Shown here: positions 56,252-64,000 of the stretch, one piece after another
How positions within the stretch are numbered: the stretch's first letter is position 1
Layout: each line of letters opens with the position of its first letter
Source: an uncultured Ulvibacter sp.
GTDB lineage: Bacteria > Bacteroidota > Bacteroidia > Flavobacteriales > Flavobacteriaceae
Assembly: GCA_965367015.1 (NCBI GenBank)
Contig: CBDUGY010000002.1
Span: 30,432-94,431 of the forward strand
Direction: 5' to 3'
DNA length: 64,000 bases
Made by a program: the position numbers and the translations under genes
The notes under the pieces: generated by a model
The model's input: the letters and a program-made list of their open reading frames with translations, nothing else
The model's database searches: none
Told to the model about the DNA's origin: nothing

Positions 56252-58657
56252 TTAAAACGCGTAACTAGCCGCAACAATAAAATTTCTTCCCGGAGAAGCG
56301 ATTCCAGAGCTATACGTACGGTACCTTTGGTCACTAATATTCTCTAAAGTAGCATTTAGCAATAACGCCTCGGTAAGTTGATATTGCGCTCTAAAATTGA
56401 GGGTATACCAATTGGGAGAATAGGGGTTTCCGTCGGCATCTTTGGCATATAAAAAGTCATTACTTGCCTGACTCGGTGCTAAATCTTCAAAATCGAACTG
56501 ACCATTATATTCCACAAAACCGTCTAATTTTAGTTTATCAGATTTGAAAATTATATGACTATTCCCAAATTGAGGGGCGGCATGACGAATTGGGTTTCTA
56601 TCTCCATTGTCGTCTTCTTCGAAACCATCCGTAATATTATATTGAGACGTTAATTGAAGCTGTTTACAGAAATTGATCTCAATACCCGCTTCAAATCCGT
56701 ATACTTCAGCCTTCGCGGCATTCTGTATCGCCTGTACATTACTCGGTTCGCCTTGATAGTCGATTACTGTTTGGCCGTCCAGATCAAAATCTCTTCGTAC
56801 CAAAGCATCCCTCAAATATGTTGCATAGCCGGCTACATCCAGTTTTACAACATTTTCAAAATTAAGGGTAGCTCCCACTTCTCCCGTTCGCGCGTACTCG
56901 GGTTTTAGATCGGCATTAGGCACGACTACACTTCCCGGTTCACTATCGAAAATTTTCCCTACATCGTCTATATTAGGCGCTCTAAAGGCGGTTCCAAAAT
57001 TAAATCTCCAGCCTAAGACCTTATTTGGATTCCACGCCAAACCGGCGCTTCCGGTTAAGGCCCCGGTATTTATATCTGCGTCTTCGAAAGGAAAATCATA
57101 AATATTTGGATCGAAGGTGGCGTCAAGTAAGATATGATTGTATCGCAAACCACCTTGAAATGCCAGGGTAGGATTCAGTTTCCATTCAAGACTTGTATAG
57201 GCAGCGGCCGATTGCCAAGTGGCGCCATCAGGATACCTTGATGCATCCTGTTGCGAGATACCTGTTGTGATATCGGTATTACTTCCTTCCGAATTCACTT
57301 TATTGTAGACATATTCAATTCCGTAATGTAGCTTTGCCTTCTTAAAATCCTTCTCAAAATCCCAAGCTGCGCTATAAGCAGATAACTTTTCTTCTGTTTC
57401 AAATAATGTCGTTTTACCAAAATCCCTATCGTGTCGACTCTCTTTAAAACGCTGGTAAGAAACAGTCATAATACTTTCGTCATAAACTCCTTCATTATAT
57501 GCGTTATTTCGTGCCTGTAGATTTCCTGAAATCCATTCTTGAGGCCCATAGTACCATTCGGCAGAGCGCAGTTGACCATCACTCTTTCTAATTAATCGAT
57601 CGTAGCGCGGATAGTCGCTGGTAGTAGTATAAAAGAGCCCCATATTAAAATCCCATTTTTCAGAAGGCATAAACCTTATCTTCTGCATGGTATTAACTTG
57701 ATTATAACCTGTTGGATTCTGAACTTCAGGGTCATCGTTTGGGACTGTCACATCTACCCCGTTTATAGTCTCTACATATTCATTACGTAAGTAATCATCC
57801 GGACCATGAGATCCCATCTTTAGATCTCCAAAGTCACTATATGTAACACTCGTTAAGAATGCCCATTCTTTAGACCCTATATTAAAATCGAAATGTCCGG
57901 TTTTCTCATTGTTTGCTGTAGCATATCGGGCCGTGGCATTACCAGAAAAACTAGTTCCTTCAACGAAGGAGAATTTTGGTCTTTTCGTATAGAAATTCAT
58001 GACACCCCCAACGGCATCACTTCCGTAGATTACCGAACCTGGTCCTAGAACCACCTCAGTGTTTTCAACAGCAAATGGATCGATTGAAATAATATTCTGA
58101 ACATTTCCGCCACGAAAAATCGCTGTGTTAAAACGTACCCCATCAACCGTAATTAGTAATCTATTCGTTGAAAAACCTCGTATTAAAGGGCTTCCTCCCC
58201 CTAATTGACTTTTTTGAATATAAACTTGTCCCGTGCTTTCAAGCAAGTCTGCTGAAGTTTGCGGATTTGCAAAAAGTATATCTTCCTTCGATACACTGGC
58301 AATTTGCTGAGGTATATCTCGTTTACTCTGACCAAATTTAGCTACTGAAAGTACTACTTCATCCAAAGTGCTCGCATCGGTTGCTAGATAAACGATATTT
58401 CCATTAGCTATAATGTCTTTTTTAAGTACGCTTTTTAGAGTATGAGCAATATGCTGAATAACAATGATCTCATTCTCAGAAAAATCTGTGATATCCACGA
58501 AGCCATCAAAATCGCTAATATTCCCCTTACTTTTGTCTTTGTTAAATATCGCTGCGCCAGAAACAGGTATATTATTATCTTCTTCTAAAATTTGAATTTT
58601 CTGAGCAATTCCTGTGCTTGAAACGAAAAGTACTGCGATCAATAAAAATATACGCAT
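56252..58657 (-). CDS. TonB-dependent receptor
   Basis: 801 aa. Signal peptide, carboxypeptidase-regulatory-like domain, plug (...GGSPLIRGFSTNRLLITVDGVRFN...) and a beta-barrel ending ...AASYAF with a terminal Phe. Confidence 0.85.
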   Translation of the reverse strand: MRIFLLIAVLFVSSTGIAQKIQILEEDNNIPVSGAAIFNKDKSKGNISDFDGFVDITDFSENEIIVIQHIAHTLKSVLKKDIIANGNIVYLATDASTLDEVVLSVAKFGQSKRDIPQQIASVSKEDILFANPQTSADLLESTGQVYIQKSQLGGGSPLIRGFSTNRLLITVDGVRFNTAIFRGGNVQNIISIDPFAVENTEVVLGPGSVIYGSDAVGGVMNFYTKRPKFSFVEGTSFSGNATARYATANNEKTGHFDFNIGSKEWAFLTSVTYSDFGDLKMGSHGPDDYLRNEYVETINGVDVTVPNDDPEVQNPTGYNQVNTMQKIRFMPSEKWDFNMGLFYTTTSDYPRYDRLIRKSDGQLRSAEWYYGPQEWISGNLQARNNAYNEGVYDESIMTVSYQRFKESRHDRDFGKTTLFETEEKLSAYSAAWDFEKDFKKAKLHYGIEYVYNKVNSEGSNTDITTGISQQDASRYPDGATWQSAAAYTSLEWKLNPTLAFQGGLRYNHILLDATFDPNIYDFPFEDADINTGALTGSAGLAWNPNKVLGWRFNFGTAFRAPNIDDVGKIFDSEPGSVVVPNADLKPEYARTGEVGATLNFENVVKLDVAGYATYLRDALVRRDFDLDGQTVIDYQGEPSNVQAIQNAAKAEVYGFEAGIEINFCKQLQLTSQYNITDGFEEDDNGDRNPIRHAAPQFGNSHIIFKSDKLKLDGFVEYNGQFDFEDLAPSQASNDFLYAKDADGNPYSPNWYTLNFRAQYQLTEALLLNATLENISDQRYRTYSSGIASPGRNFIVAASYAF

Positions 58658-58660
58658 AGT

Positions 58661-59380
58661 TTAGTTAAATAGTTGGTTGAGCACCAAAAGGGACTTGGGT
58701 TTTTTGTAATCCTGCAAATGTAATTGATAATAAACCAATAACAAATTAAGAAGCGCCAAACGTGCCGATTTGGTTAGTTTTATGTCGCTAATCGCATCAA
58801 AATTTATGCCGAAGAACCCTTTAAAATTTTCAACTACATCTCCTTTTTCTGAATACATTCCGGAAGGACTCGTTTCAAAATACCCTTCCGCTAAATTAAA
58901 ATACTGAAAATCAACATCTGAAGTATCCGGATAAAATCCGAGGTAAGTGGTAAGTTCCAGTAAAAACAAAATATGAAAATTAGCAATGTCATTATGATCA
59001 TCTAACCAATCGAGAGATTGGGTCAAATATTGAAATAAACGATCATTTGATTCCTCTTCCTTAATGGCATTCTTAAGCATTTCATAAAGAAACATTACCA
59101 TCGATGATTTTACTACATCGGTATGAAGACTTTGGTAAGGTTTAAATATTTTAGCCTCTCGTATGCTTTCGAGAGTACCTTTATCCTTATGTTTTGCAAC
59201 AATCTCTAATTGCGTAAGGGGTTGAAAAAGTGAGGCACGTAACTTGCCCTTTTTGGATTTCAGAATTCCTCGGAGCAAATATGTTTTTACACCAGAACTT
59301 TCAGTATAACAAGTAGCTATCAGGTCTGCTTCCGAATATTTTAAGGCAGAAATCACGATGGCTCTTGTTGTTATAATCAT
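58661..59380 (-). CDS. recO: DNA repair protein RecO
   Basis: 239 aa. The N-terminal OB region (TRAIVISALKYSEADLIATCYTES.G...YLLRG) is typical of flavobacterial RecO. The start overlaps the upstream stop (TAATG). Confidence 0.8.
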   Translation of the reverse strand: MIITTRAIVISALKYSEADLIATCYTESSGVKTYLLRGILKSKKGKLRASLFQPLTQLEIVAKHKDKGTLESIREAKIFKPYQSLHTDVVKSSMVMFLYEMLKNAIKEEESNDRLFQYLTQSLDWLDDHNDIANFHILFLLELTTYLGFYPDTSDVDFQYFNLAEGYFETSPSGMYSEKGDVVENFKGFFGINFDAISDIKLTKSARLALLNLLLVYYQLHLQDYKKPKSLLVLNQLFN

Positions 59381-61686
59381 TAGCGCACGATCATTATTTT
59401 TGAAACCTTCGTTTCTAAATTGTCTTCCGTGGTAATTAATACCAAGTAAACCCCGGAGGCCACGCTATACTTGCCGAAAGCAGTTGTATCCCATAATACA
59501 CTTCCTCCTTCCGAAGTTTGTTCATACACCAAATTTCCTTCAATATCAGTAATCTTTACATTTGCATCAGCAGTAAGCCCGTCTATTGTTACATTACCTG
59601 TAAATCCAGGGCGTACCGGATTTGGATATGCATATACATTATCTAAATTATCCCTCGGCGCAGTAGCAGTTCCATTATATGCCACCAAACCATTAACCGT
59701 GGCAAAGTAAACTGTTCCTGTAAAAGAATCTATCGCAATATCTTGCACGTTATTCGACGGTAAAGGAGAATTAGTTTTTGTAAATCTAAGCAGTGTTTCC
59801 TGTCCGTTAGAGGAAAGATAAAATACTCCCGAGGTAGCTGTAGATATCCATTTGTTGTTGGAGCCATCTACTTCAATATCGGTTATAAAAAGTTCGAAGA
59901 GCAATTCCTGAGGTACCCCATCCTCAAGAATTATAATAGGTTGTGCATCAATATTTGCATTTTCTTCAAAAAATCCCCCCACATTAAATAAAACCCTTAG
60001 ACCCCTCGGCGTTCCAATCCAAAGTCTGTTTTGATTGTCGAATGCCAAAGAGCGAACGCTATTCCTTGGAATATTACCATTTCCCTCTCCTTCTTGAATT
60101 CTGTTGAAGGCGCCGTTATTAGGATTGTAACCTATTAAACCTCCTTCGGAAGTTCCAAAGAAAACATAACCCTCTCTACTAATCGCAACCTTCGTGAACG
60201 CCTGTTCCTGTTCACCATTGATGGTATTAGAAACATCGATTTTCGTAAACTGACCGGATGGAGATAGTTTAATTAACCCTTCATTTGAACGGGATTGAAC
60301 AATCCATAAATTTCCCTCTCTATCGAAGGCAGAACCATATAAACGTATTCCAACAGATTGCGGGTTTCCCACTGGAGGAATATCCAATACTGAATTTGTC
60401 TCGTCATAGAGTATTTCGGGGCTCTGATCATTAATTTTCAGTAATCCCTTTTGATACGATGAAATATAGGTTTCGCTGGCATTGTCAGGATTGATAGTAA
60501 CATTGACCAGATCATTAATCGGTTTTCCGACAAGGTCTTCCAGATCATCATAGGATAAATTAGTCCAAGCTCCTTCTCGATAATTACTAATTCCTCTATA
60601 ACTTAATGGAAAGGGATTAAAGGTCACCGAAAAATCTCCAAACACCGTCCATAACTGTCCGGGAGAAGCATCGATAGCAAAACTTTGATTTAAAATTGGG
60701 CCGTCGGGTAAGATTTGTACGGCTTGATTCGTCGCAAAAGGTACGGCGAGCATTCCGAAACTATCGGTTCCGAGATAAAGAACTTCCCCGAAGGTATAGC
60801 CGGCTTGTAATTGAAAATCATATTCGGGAATGGCGTTATTTGTGGTATTTGCTTCCAGAATGAAACCTGTGGAGTACGCTTGAATACTATTGGTGGTAGT
60901 AATAGTTAAAAGATTGTTTGCCACTTGAAAATCGATGACATTCGTTCCAAAAGCTCCTTTTTGAATAAAACTACCAGAAACCGGGACTTCAAAAACAACA
61001 TTCGCGTTATTTAGAGCGTATACTTCATTTTGGAGGGTTTGAATGCCTTTATATCCAACGTTTATAATTCTTGTCCAATTTTGATAGTCTATTAAGTTAT
61101 CGTCGTCTACCATGGCTCTATAAACTCCGTCATCTGGTGAAACTGCAAAAATGTGTGGCGGTCTTACAGTAGTTTGTAGTACGTTGATTTGAGTCCCTAA
61201 ATCTCCAATAAAATAAGTGTCTCCAAATTCTAAGGCTTCAAGGTCATAGACTGAAATTCCAAATTGGGTGGCAATATAAAGTTTGCCATCGTATTCATTG
61301 AAGTGGTTGATTGCTTTTCGATCTGGAGGAATAGTGGGTTTATCTAAAATATCAACTACACTTAAAACATTTTCTTCGCCGTCACTTACTACTTCTATAA
61401 GTCCGTTATTATAACCTATCACAAGTAAGTCAAAATTTTCACTGTAATAAATGGTTGTAATTGTTTCTCCTGCTAGTCCATTTATGGAAGAAATTGTATT
61501 AATTTCTAAAGTTGAAAGATCGTAAGTAAAAATGGCGTTTTCAGAAGCGGCATAAACCCTATCATTTCCTTGGGAAATATCTCGAATTGAGCTATAAGAA
61601 AAATGACCTTCCCAACTATCTTCAAAATTTTGAGCATTTACAAAGGCTATTACAGAGAATAGTAAAAGTGTTAGCAAGTACTTCAT
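59380..61686 (-). CDS. porZ: double beta-propeller protein with a T9SS C-terminal sorting domain, PorZ-like
   Basis: 768 aa with a signal peptide. Two long regions of propeller-type repeats are followed by a CTD (YAYPNPVRPGFTGNVTIDGL...VKITDIEGNLVYE...GVYLVLITTEDNLETKVSKIMIVR). Size and architecture match P. gingivalis PorZ as I recall it. Confidence 0.6.
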   Translation of the reverse strand: MKYLLTLLLFSVIAFVNAQNFEDSWEGHFSYSSIRDISQGNDRVYAASENAIFTYDLSTLEINTISSINGLAGETITTIYYSENFDLLVIGYNNGLIEVVSDGEENVLSVVDILDKPTIPPDRKAINHFNEYDGKLYIATQFGISVYDLEALEFGDTYFIGDLGTQINVLQTTVRPPHIFAVSPDDGVYRAMVDDDNLIDYQNWTRIINVGYKGIQTLQNEVYALNNANVVFEVPVSGSFIQKGAFGTNVIDFQVANNLLTITTTNSIQAYSTGFILEANTTNNAIPEYDFQLQAGYTFGEVLYLGTDSFGMLAVPFATNQAVQILPDGPILNQSFAIDASPGQLWTVFGDFSVTFNPFPLSYRGISNYREGAWTNLSYDDLEDLVGKPINDLVNVTINPDNASETYISSYQKGLLKINDQSPEILYDETNSVLDIPPVGNPQSVGIRLYGSAFDREGNLWIVQSRSNEGLIKLSPSGQFTKIDVSNTINGEQEQAFTKVAISREGYVFFGTSEGGLIGYNPNNGAFNRIQEGEGNGNIPRNSVRSLAFDNQNRLWIGTPRGLRVLFNVGGFFEENANIDAQPIIILEDGVPQELLFELFITDIEVDGSNNKWISTATSGVFYLSSNGQETLLRFTKTNSPLPSNNVQDIAIDSFTGTVYFATVNGLVAYNGTATAPRDNLDNVYAYPNPVRPGFTGNVTIDGLTADANVKITDIEGNLVYEQTSEGGSVLWDTTAFGKYSVASGVYLVLITTEDNLETKVSKIMIVR

Positions 61687-61743
61687 AAAATTGGGTTTCT
61701 TTTCAAAGAATATAACAGGCTAAAATACTATTTATTGCTGTAT

Positions 61744-61779
61744 AAAAGCGAAAAGGTTGCCCTTTGTAAGGCAACCTTT
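61744..61779 (-). terminator. rho-independent terminator of gdhA
   Basis: Arms AAAGGTTGCC (61752-61761) / GGCAACCTTT (61770-61779). On the minus strand they are followed by TTTTCGCTTTT, 24 nt downstream of the gdhA stop. Confidence 0.65.
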
Positions 61780-61802
61780 CATTACTTTACATAATTGAAT
61801 TG

Positions 61803-63146
<1,344 letters not shown>

Positions 63147-63187
63147 CTATAAATAATTTATTGAAAACGTTTACGTTAATTAAGCAG

Positions 63188-63195
63188 CAAATATA
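63188..63195 (-). promoter_or_regulatory. candidate -7 promoter box (TATATTTG on the minus strand) for gdhA
   Basis: Plus-strand CAAATATA is the reverse complement of TAnnTTTG, 41 nt upstream of the gdhA ATG. Confidence 0.3.
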
Positions 63196-63278
63196 AGTTT
63201 TATGTAAAAAATAGCATGCTAAATTTTTACAAATAAGCTAAATATGGACAATAAATTTCGCTGTTTCATATGTTTTTA

Positions 63279-63286
63279 TATATTTG
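63279..63286 (+). promoter_or_regulatory. candidate -7 promoter box (TATATTTG) for the 3'-terminal outer-membrane ORF
   Basis: Exact TAnnTTTG match 28 nt upstream of the ATG at 63315. Confidence 0.3.
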
Positions 63287-63314
63287 TTGCGTCTCAATCT
63301 AAACCTAATTTACA

Positions 63315-64000
63315 ATGAATACCAGAAACATGCTATTGGTATTTGTACTTCTTGTTTTCATAAAACAGGATGTATACAGCCAATTGGGCTTCTCCCATGA
63401 AGTCGGATTTATTACTGGTCCGGTGGCTTTTTATTCAGATTTTGGTGTACGAAATGATTTTGAAACAAACTCAGGAAATGTAGGGTTTGGAGTAGGAATT
63501 ATCCACTATATCAACTTTTCATATCGATCTGACTGTAATTGCTATACTAGAGATACCTATTTTAATGATCATTTTAAGATCAGAAACGAAATTGATTTCC
63601 ACAAAACGAGGTTAGAACACTTCGGAAAGTGGGTAGATCCGGATAGAACTTCTCCCACTGCAGATCAACTTAGAGCCATGGTAGGCTCTTCTACGGTCTT
63701 CGATATTGGATCACAACTAGAATTTTTCCCTTTAAGTATTAGAGATTTTTCGGCAGGAGCCTTTAAAATCGCCCCATTTTTAAGTTTAGGGATACATTGG
63801 GTGAATTTTGACCCTGAAGTTACCTCCGATCTTGGAACTGTAAACACCAGTATTACAACCCCCGACAAGTACTTTAATGGTTTTCAGCAAGAACCTGATT
63901 CTACCTGGGGTGTAGTAGCGAGTGTGGGAATCCGATACAAGCTAACTCCTTTAAGCGACCTTATGCTCGACAGCAGATGGCAATACTATTTCTCTGACTG
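63315..64000 (+). CDS. putative outer-membrane beta-barrel protein, 3' end outside the window (absent from the ORF track)
   Basis: My own translation from the ATG at 63315 stays open to the window edge (228 codons): MNTRNMLLVFVLLVFIKQDVYSQLGFSHEVGFITGPVAFYSDFG...GVVASVGIRYKLTPLSDLMLDSRWQYYFSD. It has a signal peptide and alternating aromatic/Gly-rich strands typical of small OM barrels. Confidence 0.6.
   Translation, partial: MNTRNMLLVFVLLVFIKQDVYSQLGFSHEVGFITGPVAFYSDFGVRNDFETNSGNVGFGVGIIHYINFSYRSDCNCYTRDTYFNDHFKIRNEIDFHKTRLEHFGKWVDPDRTSPTADQLRAMVGSSTVFDIGSQLEFFPLSIRDFSAGAFKIAPFLSLGIHWVNFDPEVTSDLGTVNTSITTPDKYFNGFQQEPDSTWGVVASVGIRYKLTPLSDLMLDSRWQYYFSD

Overview
This 64-kb segment looks like part of a Flavobacteriaceae (Bacteroidota) chromosome. 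It is AT-rich and tightly packed, with many 1-23 nt gene overlaps, TAnnTTTG-type -7 promoter boxes, two proteins carrying T9SS C-terminal sorting domains, a TonB-dependent receptor and a PorZ-like protein. I call about 60 protein-coding genes. One of them, an outer-membrane-type ORF that runs off the 3' edge, is missing from the supplied ORF track. I found no rRNA, tRNA, CRISPR array, transposase or integrase. The backbone is housekeeping: pth, ribF, serS, rsmA, mgtE, aspartate kinase, fbp, mfd, metG, ssb, recO and gdhA. Positions 13.7-23.5 kb hold small stress and detoxification genes, including an arsR / DUF6428-like / arsN-like / arsC cluster with no efflux pump. Positions 36.05-41.87 kb hold the four-gene ligase-associated DNA-damage-response cluster (MBL exonuclease, ATP-dependent ligase, Lhr-like DExH helicase, PdeM). 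Positions 50.07-53.17 kb hold a DUF1800/DUF1501 pair in which the DUF1501 protein has both a twin-arginine signal and a T9SS sorting domain. The best candidate for an undescribed system is a six-gene, apparently translationally coupled, fully soluble cassette at 31.16-35.47 kb. Its order is coiled-coil protein, Roadblock-like protein, Ras/Rab-like GTPase, sensor+DHp protein lacking an ATPase domain, second GTPase paralogue, then a hybrid histidine kinase with the same sensor domain and a receiver domain whose phospho-acceptor Asp is Lys. All family assignments come from motif recognition by eye. No database search was run, so each needs HMM or structure confirmation.
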